Shown here one piece after another: positions 36,058-47,091 of a stretch of 64,000 bases of DNA. Origin of the DNA: Bilabrum cf. latius (lineage: Eukaryota); assembly GCA_965178125.1 (NCBI GenBank), contig OZ237766.1, forward strand, positions 682,001-746,000. Reading direction: 5' to 3'. Within the stretch, counting starts at the first letter, position 1. Each line of letters opens with the position of its first letter. Below the pieces are notes generated by a model, which searched no databases, was not told where the DNA came from, and worked only from the letters and a program-made list of their open reading frames with translations. A program made the translations under genes and the position numbers.

Positions 36058-39000
36058 TCACTCCATGACGAGGCCAGCAGGGGCTGGGGCAGACACGGTG
36101 TACCGGCCCCCTGCAGTAGTCCCGAAGGAGAAGCAGCCCCCACATGGACCCGGGCTCACTTTCAATGGGCGCCCCTCCCCATCCACCACTCCGGGCGTGC
36201 CCTGGCCCCACGGATCCTCGAACACGAAGGGGCTCGTGCCCTGCTCGGACACCACCTCGAACGGCTGCACCCCGGTCTCTTTCTCCACCCGGGCAGAGAT
36301 GAGGAACCCCCCTTGCGCCCGAAGCGACATGAATGATGCAGGACCTCCAACGGTGGGATCCCACACCGGGAACAGAGAGATCTTGCCTGCGTAGCTCTGC
36401 AGCAGCATCTCGTTGATCGCCTGCGTAGCCCCGATGTTCTCAAGACAGCCCCCGCCCGTCTTTACGATTCCATTCGCACCGGCCTGGTGCTGGGCAGCGT
36501 TCGCCAGCAGCGGCAGCAGCGTCGCAAGATCGCTCCTGGACGACACACGCACCCCCGGGGGCCAGCTGAGTCCGAACCCGTTGTTGTTGGCCCACGGGGT
36601 CTTTGAGCCCGCGAACACGAAGCCAGTGTATCGGTTGAGTCCGTACACGGTGGTTTTGGCAGCGTCCTCGAAGCCCTGCTGCCGGCTGGCCGCGTGCGGC
36701 AGCTCGGCTGTGGGCCACATGGCTGCGAAGTTCGTGATGGGGTACTCCACGTTGCAGGTGGGCCAGACGATGGTGCTGCACGGCGGGTGGGCGCACTGGG
36801 ATCCACCGGTGGAGTTGATCCCTCGGGTGGCGTTCTGCATCAGGGCGGGGGTCGAGGCTGCCTGGGCCTCAACCAGCATGGGCTTGCCCGAGAGCTCCCG
36901 GCCCACGACCACGTTGGTCCCGTTTGGTTTGACCCAGTGCAGCGTCTGCATGGGATACGCGGGCATGCGGGCGAGGACCTTTTCCCATACGGTCCTCTTG
37001 TCTTCGTCCACGCCCAGCCTCTGGCTGTACTCGATGGCCTTGCGGAGGGACTGGCTCGCGAAGGCAATGTCGACGTGCGCGTTGTGCTCGCCCTCCTCGG
37101 TCTGCCACACGCCGTTGCCGCCGTTGGAGTGCATCTGGTCCACTGTCTCGACCGTCATGTTAGGCAGGGGCATGCCCACGTGGTTGCCCCACCGCCAGTA
37201 CCAGGACAGCCCGTTCCTGCAGTCGCACGCTTCCTGGGCGCACGTGTACGGCAGGCTGAAAGGGGCGTCGCTGTCCACCTGGGTCACAGCTTCCGCTGCC
37301 GGTCTCCCATCCTCGTCCATGGCGTAAGACGCGTAGAACTCGGCGTTGTCTCTGACGATCGGGTACACGGACAGGTTCAGTGCCACCAGGTCCATCGTGT
37401 GGTCAAAGTACTGGATCAGAGGAGTGGCCACCAAACCGCCCACGAACCTCGTCCCCAGATCAGTGGGGGCGGGCCGCCCGTCCCCCAGCGGAAACGCAGT
37501 CGAGGGCCACGAGGCCCCTGAGTAGCCGCCGCTGTGGCCCATGTCCAGCTCCGCGTGGCACACCCCGCCATCGGCTCCCCCGCACTGCGCCTCAGCGGTC
37601 ACCTGCCCCACTACCCCCGGCCAGTGCACGGAGGGCGGGTCATTCCACACCCCCGGGTTGGTGGCCCGCTGTCGCACTGCCTCTAGCAGCCCAGGATTGC
37701 TGACCGTGGCCATGTACGGCTTGATCAGCTCCGGTCGGTTGGAACTTGCCGCCCCCCAGTAGACGCTCTCGAGGTTGTAGTCCAGCGTCAGCTGGTCGTT
37801 CCAGTCGATTGGCTCCGTCACCGCCAGCAGACCGAAGAGGGAGGGCGTCACTGCACCCTGCCGCACGTTGGCGCCCATCGCGTACTGCATCCCGTAATAG
37901 AAGCGCTCCAGCACCGTGGCATTCCCGGCCCCGGCCGCTGACCCGTTCCCACCGGCGATGTCGATCGAGGACGCATTCCAGTACGCCTGCCAGAAGGCGT
38001 CTCGTCCCTGCCGCGCGCGGGCCGTGCTGGAGGGCACTGCCATGGCACGGGCCCGGGCCTGCGCCTGGGACTGGAGGGTGCCCCCGGCGCACCGGCCTGT
38101 TTGTTCCCTGGTGCCCGCGCATCCCATGTCTCGCAGGGTCAGTGCGCTGAGCGCTACAGTGTACTGCACCCCGGGGGTCAGGGACAGGGACAGACGCACG
38201 CCCTCCCCCGGCACCGAGGCGTTCACGGGGGCCGCCGGGCCTAAGGCGCGGGCGGGTGCCCCGCTAGAGGCCTGCACTACGGTGGCGGCGGCGGCCAGCG
38301 TGTTGTTCGTGTTGTCCGGCACCGCCATCAGGCAGGATCCGGAGCCGGAACTGCCCCTTTCGCGGAGGTACCCGGTCGCCACTGCACTCGTCACACCCTC
38401 CATCAAGGGCTTGATGGTTCGGTTGGCGAGAATCGTCCACTCGCTTGCTCCAGCCCCGCATGGTGACAGCCCCGCGATGCCCTGGCTCTTCGGGGACAGG
38501 CACCAACCGGAGGGCTTGCCTGCAGGGTACCATTCCGCCGTCCCGTTGATTGCATCCGAATCGTTCGGTGGCGAGGATGGCGTCGATGACCCGTTGGTGG
38601 CAGGGAGCCAGGCCCACTGCCCCTGTGGCTCGTCACACGGGCCCACTGCAATGGAGGACTGGGCCGGGCCAGTGGCGTTCAGGACCCACAGGCAGGAGCC
38701 GTTGGACATCTGCAGCCATGGGTGCTGGGTCAGGGCCCCTCGCTCGCTGGGGGAACTTAGGACGAACGTTCGCTCGGTTCCGTAGAACAGTTCGCTGCGG
38801 CTGCAGGTCACCATGTGGGCGGGGTTCGCGGCTTCATGAAGGTTCTCCTTGCGGATCCACAGCGACGTCGAGTCGCCCCCGACGCCTCCTGTACTGGGGA
38901 CAAGCCCCGTGGGCTTGCAGCACTCGCGCAGGGTCAGATCCAGCTCGCAGGTAGACTCGCCGTCGGACCGCAGGCACGTCACGCTGGCGTAGATGCCGCT

Positions 39001-39534
39001 GTCCTGGCCCTCCCCCACGAATACGCTCATCGTTACATTCGCCCCACCATCGGACCGGATCAGATCCATGGAGGCCCCGGCCTCTCCATAGGAGAGCGAG
39101 GCCTTGCCATTGAACGAAGTGGAAGTGGAAGCTGCGCTCGCCTTGCCATTGTGCCTGGTGGATGGCCCCATTCGGGAGCTGCTCGCCAGGTTGGTCCAGT
39201 TGAGGCTGAGGGTGGGTCCGGCAAGGTGCGTGAAGTACGTCTTGCCCTCCGATCGCCAGAAATCGTTCTTTCCCACGGCGATGAGGAGCTCTGCTGCCTG
39301 CTGCTCGCCCCTGCCGGCCCCGATCTTGCCGCTGCCGAGCACGGCTCCCACGTTGCCGTTCCCCACGTACGGAGAGGAGAAGGAAGGCTGGCCAGGGAGG
39401 TAGTCCCATTGCATGGAATACCTGTCGACTGGTCGATCTTCATCTAGCTGTGTGCCAGCAGCAGGGTGCACGCAGAAACCAAGCACTCCACAAAGTGCCA
39501 CTACTAGAATACACCCTAGTTCGGATGGCTTCAT
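36058..39534 (-). CDS. Secreted glycoside hydrolase, GH95 (alpha-L-fucosidase)-like, with a lectin-like insert
   Basis: Signal peptide, SPYVGNGNVG, GKNDFW, DWNDQLTLDYNLE, INEMLLQSY...LFPVW and FMSLRAQGGFLISA. 1158 aa, no TAG; ends TGA. Confidence 0.8.
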   Translation of the reverse strand: MKPSELGCILVVALCGVLGFCVHPAAGTQLDEDRPVDRYSMQWDYLPGQPSFSSPYVGNGNVGAVLGSGKIGAGRGEQQAAELLIAVGKNDFWRSEGKTYFTHLAGPTLSLNWTNLASSSRMGPSTRHNGKASAASTSTSFNGKASLSYGEAGASMDLIRSDGGANVTMSVFVGEGQDSGIYASVTCLRSDGESTCELDLTLRECCKPTGLVPSTGGVGGDSTSLWIRKENLHEAANPAHMVTCSRSELFYGTERTFVLSSPSERGALTQHPWLQMSNGSCLWVLNATGPAQSSIAVGPCDEPQGQWAWLPATNGSSTPSSPPNDSDAINGTAEWYPAGKPSGWCLSPKSQGIAGLSPCGAGASEWTILANRTIKPLMEGVTSAVATGYLRERGSSGSGSCLMAVPDNTNNTLAAAATVVQASSGAPARALGPAAPVNASVPGEGVRLSLSLTPGVQYTVALSALTLRDMGCAGTREQTGRCAGGTLQSQAQARARAMAVPSSTARARQGRDAFWQAYWNASSIDIAGGNGSAAGAGNATVLERFYYGMQYAMGANVRQGAVTPSLFGLLAVTEPIDWNDQLTLDYNLESVYWGAASSNRPELIKPYMATVSNPGLLEAVRQRATNPGVWNDPPSVHWPGVVGQVTAEAQCGGADGGVCHAELDMGHSGGYSGASWPSTAFPLGDGRPAPTDLGTRFVGGLVATPLIQYFDHTMDLVALNLSVYPIVRDNAEFYASYAMDEDGRPAAEAVTQVDSDAPFSLPYTCAQEACDCRNGLSWYWRWGNHVGMPLPNMTVETVDQMHSNGGNGVWQTEEGEHNAHVDIAFASQSLRKAIEYSQRLGVDEDKRTVWEKVLARMPAYPMQTLHWVKPNGTNVVVGRELSGKPMLVEAQAASTPALMQNATRGINSTGGSQCAHPPCSTIVWPTCNVEYPITNFAAMWPTAELPHAASRQQGFEDAAKTTVYGLNRYTGFVFAGSKTPWANNNGFGLSWPPGVRVSSRSDLATLLPLLANAAQHQAGANGIVKTGGGCLENIGATQAINEMLLQSYAGKISLFPVWDPTVGGPASFMSLRAQGGFLISARVEKETGVQPFEVVSEQGTSPFVFEDPWGQGTPGVVDGEGRPLKVSPGPCGGCFSFGTTAGGRYTVSAPAPAGLVME

Positions 39535-39994
39535 GGCAACTACTAATGACTGCGGCGGAATTTATTGTTACGAAAGTATATGTTTGCATTTCCCAAATGC
39601 ATTCGATGGCCTGGCAGACGTTCAACCTGATTAAATGAATGTTGCAAGTAAGAGCATCTGCTCTGCCTCAGTACCTTAGAACATCCACCAGATGCAATGA
39701 AGGTCGCATCGAGCGCCAAATGTGTATAACCACCAAATTCTGGGCTCACACGTTGCGGTAGTTTCCTAGCTATACGGCAATACGATAAAAACAAAACAAA
39801 ATTATCATGAACTGCACCTGCAGCGCATGAATCTGCACTCTGGCGGATTGCGCATGCGCACGGCGAACGTCGACTAAAAATAGCAGATTGCATTATTCGT
39901 CTTCCTCTTATTTACCTTGCTGAGCTGTGGTGACTGCACGCGTTGGTTTCAATCATCGCATCTCGAAGTGCATTCGTTGTGACTCTGCAAGACC

Positions 39995-40906
39995 ATGTCA
40001 ACGCTTCGTGAAATACTGTTGCCGGCCAGGCTGGACGCTTAGTAGCCCCAGGCTCGTGAAAGTGATCTGCTACTGAGCGGAGAGATATATCGCACCGGCA
40101 CGGTGGTTCGGCGCCACGCGCGATTAGATGAGGATGTGAAAAATATACTTGCAAGAAGACGGCAGCGAACCGCGGCAAAGCGCAAGCCCGTAGATCCACG
40201 TGCAGATCAAGAGGATATTAGTAAAGCGCCCAATGGTGGTCCAGATTTCGGTGCTGGAGACGTGGACAACACAGGCAGCACCCGCATGCTGGAGCGAATC
40301 GCCCGCACGATGAGGCGAGCACTGCAGCCGCCCGCCGAGCCAGAGACAGAAATCACGGAAAGCAAGGATGCAGTGCATACAGAGGTACCTGGTGAAGCCG
40401 TTGCATCCTCACCCTCTCGCTCCCGATAGGATAGCCGGCGAGGCGAGCACTCCCCTGGCCGCCACACGCCGGAAGGTCCGATCGAACACTTCAAGCTGCC
40501 TGCACAGGCGGAAAATGCGGAGACTGATGCTGCAGCAATTAGTAATGCAGACAATGCGATTCACACTGGCGATTCGACACCTCGATCAGTCATGGTAACT
40601 GGGGTGGGGACGGAGGCCGGGGCGGCAACGATTGCAAGGCAACGGCCTGGGAGTGGAAATGCAAAGCAGCCCCACGCTAAAAGAACAGCCACTCATCACA
40701 CCAATCCACCGCATAGGCGAGGGCGCGTTCTTGCCACCCCCGGTGCATCGCCTGCAGGTAGGCCACCGCTGTCTCCTCGCCTGGCTAGCGCACGCAATGG
40801 CAAGGCAGAGGGCACGGGCACTGGCACTGGCATAGCGCAGGCCCCACTATCAGCATCAGTGGCAGGTCATTCCCGCCATACCGATGGAGGATTGTCACAG
40901 GCCCAG

Positions 40907-40975
<69 letters not shown>

Positions 40976-43747
40976 TCCCGCGACACATCGTGGCAGTGGG
41001 GTCAGTTGCACTGGCACGCCGGACTCAGGGCATACGGGAAACACCCGCCCCTGGGAACACCGAACGAACAGGAGAGCTCTCGCCCGCACAAACCTACGCC
41101 TAGCAGATATACTGGCCGCACCGAGCTCCATGGAGCCGAGCACTCGTCCCTGGACCTAGACCGGCAGGGTGCTGTTGCTGCTGACAAGGCCACCGGCAGG
41201 GGCAGGGGCAGGGACAAGACCCGCCCGCCACCAGCAGGACATGCCCATCACGCTGCCAAGGCACCCAGTGCTGGTGAAAGGCCACTTAACGCTTCACTCG
41301 CTAGACAGCCGCCTGTTCGCGGTAGGACAGCGGGGAATCGGGGTGGAGTGGCTGAGACAAAAGGGATGGGGAGGGGTCCTCCCCACCATGGGGGGGGCAG
41401 GGGCACTGCCAGGCCCATTGCATCACATGCCGCAGCCATGCCAAGGGAACAGGAGACGATGCAGGTGCACCTACAACAGTAGCACAGGCCAGTGCAGCAT
41501 CAACAGTAGCACAGGCCAGTGCACCTACAACAGTAGCACAGGCCAGTGCAGCATCAACAGTAGCACAGGCCAGTGCAGCATCAGCAGGCCGGGCATCCAC
41601 GGCTAGACCAGGGGCATGCGGGGCGAGAGACATGGCAGGGCCCTGCCTCAAATGGGCTCGCTTCTAGCGGTGTGACGAGTGTATCGGAGCTGGCCAGCAC
41701 GGTCGCCAGCGTGCAGCAGGAAGCGGTTGCAACCATCGAGAAGGCCCGTAGGCTGCTTGACAGGAGCGAGGGGTCCGAGCATGGGGCGCAGCAGAGGGTG
41801 ATGGGTGGCAGGAATGGATTGGGACAAGAGTAGGGACGGGGACGGGGACATGGATCTGGCGTTGGGTATAGTCCGCTGGAATCAGGTGCTACAGGGTAGT
41901 ATGCCGGTGCTGCACCTGACATTGGTGCTGATGCTGGTGCTGGTGCTGGTGCTGGTGCTGGTGCTGGTGCTGGTGCTGGTGCTGGTGCTGGTGCTGGTGC
42001 TGGTGCTGGTGCTGGTGCTGGTGCTGGTGCTGGTGCTAGCCGAGGTGGAAGTGGCGCATGGACGACGGCTGGAGTTCGGTCCTTCGTGAACGGAGATGCG
42101 GGATTGATGGGCGCGAGCAATGTGACGAGTGGATCTCGATCGGGATCGATCCTGCGGCTGCCCCCTGCCTCCCCGCGGGGCAGGATGCAAGGCAATTGGA
42201 GCGACTCGGGAGTATGCGTGGCCCCAGCCGAAGGAAGTGATGATGCTGCCGGACAAGCGCCCGGGGGGACACACGTGCTTGCTAAGTTGCGGTCGAACGG
42301 CGGCAGTCCACCGGTGGACTGGTGGGGCATAGATTCTCCACCCGCTGCTGCTGCTGCTGGAGCTGCACCCCCCCTTCAGCATCGGTCGAGCGTCGGGGCC
42401 GGAGGCAGTGCGGATGGTGGCAGTGCAATGCAGGAGGGGTCGAGCGTCGGGGCCGGAGGCAGTGCGGATGGTGGCAGTGCAATGCAGGAAGGGTCAGATG
42501 GTGGCAGTGCAATGCGGGAGGGATTGAATGGTCAAGCGCGTGTGAAGCACCACCCTGCAGTGCACCTGTCCAGCAGGCCCGCCTCTCCCCCGCCGCAGCC
42601 CATCCGACTCAGCTAGGTCCCACTTGGCCTGGACTTCCTGCGGAGAACGGGTCACGACAGGGGCGAGAGACTAGGCCGGGCAGAAGGGCACAACTCAGGC
42701 AATAGTCGCGATGCACGAAAACCGAACAGGGCGGCAGCAGCGCCAGGCTGGGAGGTGCAGTACCATGCGGAGCCAAGGTCCGATGGGCAGCAGTGGTAGG
42801 CTGGGGCCCTCCTGGATCTGGCCATGGATCACTCGTCACACCTAGATACACCACAACAGGCAGCAGCCGGCCGCAGTGCAGCATCATCGCCCTCCCCGTT
42901 CGACTCCCCCGTGCCAGTTCCAGACCGTGTGACGAGTGCATCGGGAGGGGCATAGCTGCTGCCTGCTCCCCGCGGCCCAGGCACTGCATCGGCCCCAGCC
43001 ACTGGTCCTGCGGTGGCCTCTGCGTAGGCGCATGGCCAGGCGCATGGACGTGAAGTTCTGAGGTATGCCAGCCCGTCGGCGGGTGGGAGCCGCGCTGCCA
43101 GTGGGGTGGTGGTGCTGTCGGAGCCGTTGCGCGCGATCTCCAGTAGCAGCGGCAGCGGGGCTATGAGCGGGAATGATGGTACATAGAAGACCGGGAATGG
43201 CGACAGGTCTCTATCCCAAGGGGGTGCCTTCACCGGCGAGCAGACAGAGCTGCAGGAGACCGTGGCGGCCATGGTGCGCGGGTGCGACGCGGTGTACCTG
43301 GATATGGGTGCAGCGCATGGTGGTGCGGGGGCCCGGTACCGCGTTCGTCTATTCGTGCTGCCAGACATGAGCGCCGTGGCGTGGGTGGGCAAACCGGAAC
43401 TGGTGGGCGGTGATCTTGGTGCATCGCACGGTGGTGCGCATGGGGGGCGAGCGCTCGAGGCCAGTAGTCACCATGGGGCTAGCAAGAGCTTGGATGGGAG
43501 CGGGAACGAAAGCAGACAGGAGGACGAAGCCGTTGGGGCGAGCTATCCCCTGTGGCAGGTGGGCATCAATGACATCGAAGGCGTGGACCCGCGAGGGTGG
43601 GAACAGCGAGGTGGAGCAGGTGACGCTTGGCCCCTGCAGATCAGGAGCGGCTTGTACTCTGCCCCGCTTCGGTTTGAGCTCGGGTCGGAAGGGGAGAGGC
43701 GCCGGTGGACAAGCGGGCTAGAGGTGCTGCGGAAGATTTCATTGTGA
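39995..43747 (+). CDS. 1250-aa low-complexity protein with C-terminal PH-like domain
   Basis: One frame with 14 in-frame TAGs and no TAA/TGA. The C-terminal RVRLFVLPDMSAVAW...LRFELGSEGERRRWTSGLEVL is PH-like. Confidence 0.7.
40906..40975 (+). repeat. (GCTCCT)n coding hexamer run (Ala-Pro); similar runs at 41925-42037 (GGTGCT), 51328-51397 (CAGACC) and 62998-63052 (CCCTTG)
   Basis: Perfect hexanucleotide arrays visible in the sequence, all frame-preserving. Confidence 0.9.
41468..41587 (+). repeat. 27-bp coding repeat x4.5 containing CAA CAG TAG (QQQ)
   Basis: Unit (CACCTA/CAGCAT)CAACAGTAGCACAGGCCAGTG. Confidence 0.9.
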
Positions 43748-43958
43748 GAGTGTGTTGAATAATAATGTACATGTGATTTATACCACCCGATCATGGCAAT
43801 GGATGGCTCGGATCCAGAGCACCCCGGATTCTCGCATAAGTACAAATGAGCGAGCTTGGCAACATGAATTATAACTTATTTACTGTACAGTGTACACAGC
43901 AGGTACGGGTACAGAGTAAGAAGGTACCCTTGTAACTGGCCGTCAGTCGCATCATGAG

Positions 43959-46314
43959 TCATGACCCGCTACCGCCCCCGCCAGCCTTGGGGCTTCCACT
44001 CTCACCTACCTTGCGGGCCTTGCCCCAGTCCACTCGATAGGACCGGGGTGCGCGCTCGCCACCCCTCCCGCCCGCCCGCTTCACCACCCCTCCGCCCGCG
44101 AGAGCCGCGTTGTGCAGGAACCGCTGGTCCCACACTGCCGTGCCATCGCTTGACGCCGATTGAATCGAGTGCACTCCGCCTGCGCTTGCAACCCGCGGTC
44201 CCCCGATACCGGCCCGGTAGGACTGCGGCACGCGATGCACCCCATCTCCCCGTCCAGTGCGCCACCTGGCCCCGGTGATAGTGTCCTTCCGCTCGGCAGC
44301 GGGCCCCTAGCCCATCTGCTCCCCTGCAGCTCTATCGAGTGCGGCAGGCTCCTCCTCCTCATCTTCCTGCCTGCGCACGTGGGAGACGTCCCCCAGTTTG
44401 CGCCCCCTGCTCCAGTCTACCTTGTGCCTACCCATTGCTGCCCTCTCCTTTGCCCTCCTAACCAGAGCAGGGGACACGTCGCCGTCTCTGTTCCTTGGTC
44501 TTGCTCTTGCTCTCTCATCGCCGTGTGGGCGGCTTTTCGTGTCTCCTACTTTGCGACCCCTGGTCAAATCTACCCGAGCCCGTGTGTCCCGGGGATCAAA
44601 CCCGTGCGCTCCGAACACCGTGTGCAGCTTTTTGCGATGACTACTCGCATCAGCATCGAAGCCAACGAATGTTCCCTTAGGGTACATACCCCCCATGTAC
44701 ACCTCAGGGTGCCACTACTCCCGAGGCAGGTCTTCAGGCAGCACATGGCGTGCCCCGCTGTCTCCAACAGCCCGCCGCCTCCCTTCCCTACGCGCCAGCC
44801 GATGCTTCCACTCCGTCTCGATGTGCTGAAGCACGGCCACGCACTCGGTGTGCCCCCCCCGCTCGGCAGCCTCCAGGGCGGAGATGCCTCCTATAGAATC
44901 TGCACAGATCTCCGCGCATCCCTTGATCTCCAGCCCACCTGCCAGCACGCCTAGCCTCGCCCGCTTGGCCAGCTCCATGGGCCTACCCTCCGCGGCTGCC
45001 TGGAACATTAGCCTTGCATCCCGCTATGCGTCGCATGCGGTGCGATATCGGACGATTTCCGACGACCGAAGCATCCATGGGACGAGGCCACGGGCCTTCG
45101 CCACCATGTAGTCGCTAGCTCTGATCCTCACCTTGAGGTAGTGGATCCAGTCGTTGCGCGAGGCACCCCGGGGTGGCCCTGGAGTGCGCCTGGCTGCGTC
45201 ATTGATGCCTCTTCCCCAGCGCTAAGCGGCAGTTTCGCGATGCTGTGGTGCGAATGGAGAGCAGCCAGCGTGCATGTGACGGTCACGGAGGAACTGTTCA
45301 GATAGTGCCTGGGTGTTACGCAGGTACACGCCACTTAAGGGATAAATAAGGGGCTAGTGTTGACCCCTGTGGATCTACTCACGAGCCCCTGCTCCCTGTG
45401 CACATCGACGCCTGCCTCGATGAGGACAGCGCATGCTAGCACGTGGCAGTTTTCAGCGGCGGCATGCAAGGGACTCCACTAGGTCTGTGCTAGCGAAAAG
45501 GAAGGGAGGGGGCAAACTACGAGTGCCAGTCATTACCGAAGCACTGATCCTGGTTTAACCCAGGACTGCTGACGCCTCACGGTGTGCACAGCTTTCTCGT
45601 TCAGCAGCAGCTTGCATACTTCCGCATGCCCGTTGCTAGCAGCAACGAAGAGTGGTGTGCGTCCTCGCTGCGAGCTAGAGGTTGGGGGCAGAACATGAAT
45701 CGATCCAAGATACGGTATCCAGGCATCGTCGCTGGATCCTGGGCTTCGGGTGTTAGCGTGCAGGCTGCTCACCTTATCCGGTTCGTTCTTATCTGCGCCA
45801 TGCTTCAGAAGAACTTTAGCAGTCTGGACGTGCCCTTTGGAGCAGGCTGCCAGCATCGGGGTACTGCCGTCCTGCGACACCGGATGGGCACACACACCGA
45901 GAAGAAGCTGTTTGGCCAAGCAGCTACGCGCGCAGTCATCCATTTACCAACTTCCTTACATGATCTTTGAAGGAAACACTCGCTCCAGCGTCCAGTAGCA
46001 TATCGCATATTTCTTCGTGGCCACAAGACGCAGATTCCGAAAGGACCGTGCTTGACTTGCCGTCCTGCGGTTTCACAGCTGGTACTACTAGTACTGGAAG
46101 GTTACCCGGGTAAGTCCTTGTTCACCTATTAATTGCCTCGAATCTTTAATCTCACTTTCTCAAACACTTTGTTTAGTAACGTCGAAAGTGCCCCTTTGTC
46201 CCGTGGAGTGCGCAGAACATGAAGAACAGTATCATTTTCACCCTTGCTTGAGGCTTGGAACAGGCGTGCAAATCTGAAAAGGCAATGATGAAAGATAAAT
46301 GCGACATGCCTCAT
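43959..46314 (-). CDS. Multi-exon ankyrin-repeat protein with family module (5' end uncertain)
   Basis: Motifs DGSTPMLAACSKGHVQTAKVLLKHGADKN, GRTPLFVAASNGHAEVCKLLL and RDARLMFQAAAEGRPMELAKRARLGVLAGGL. The last exon is joined across TAGs at 44715 and 44307; ends TGA. Confidence 0.7.
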
Positions 46315-47091
46315 ATGAACAAGAAAATCGAAGCCAGTATTTTCGACCGCGACGCTGACACTGGCAGGGATCCCTGCCAGGCTCAACAATAGGTCTATTC
46401 GTCCGTCCAAAAGCTACGACCAGAAAACATCTTATTTAAAAATCTCACTCTCTGCTTTCCATCGGCTAAATAACACACACAAGGTCTTGTTCTGTCTTGA
46501 AACTTGAGGTCTGGCTGGTCAGGTCACTTCTAGCGCACTCAAGTGCACGTAACTATACCGGGGAGCTCGGCTCACCGGCACTCACAAATGATAGCAAAGA
46601 AGCATACAATGGTACCAAGTGAGAGCTTCCTAGCAAGACAATTGGACCAGATCAGTTGATCTAATCCGCCCACCATCCCAGCCTGCGCCGGATCATGCTG
46701 GCGCGGCAACCCCTGTCCCCCCCACAAGTCCAAGGCCATGCTGACAGACCCCGAAGGGCAATCAGCACGGCCGTTGCGGGCCTGCAAGGGGGGCCATCAA
46801 GCAAGACTACCCCCTGGGATGATGGGTGGAGGTGGGAAACCACCACCACCTTGAGTAGTAAACAAGTGCAACCTAGAATGTGGTGAGCCTCTATTGATGA
46901 TGACGAGTGCTAATCCGCACGATCTGAAAATTGGCTCCATTCCAAATACTACCAGCGGGAGTGTAGCGCGTGGTAGACCATAAATTGAACATCAGTTTAG
47001 CATGGATAGTGCATGGCGCGGTACACAAGCAACAGCAGTGCATGTTCCGAGCAACGGTCAAGGGTGCAATCGCTCCAATCCGATGCGAGTA

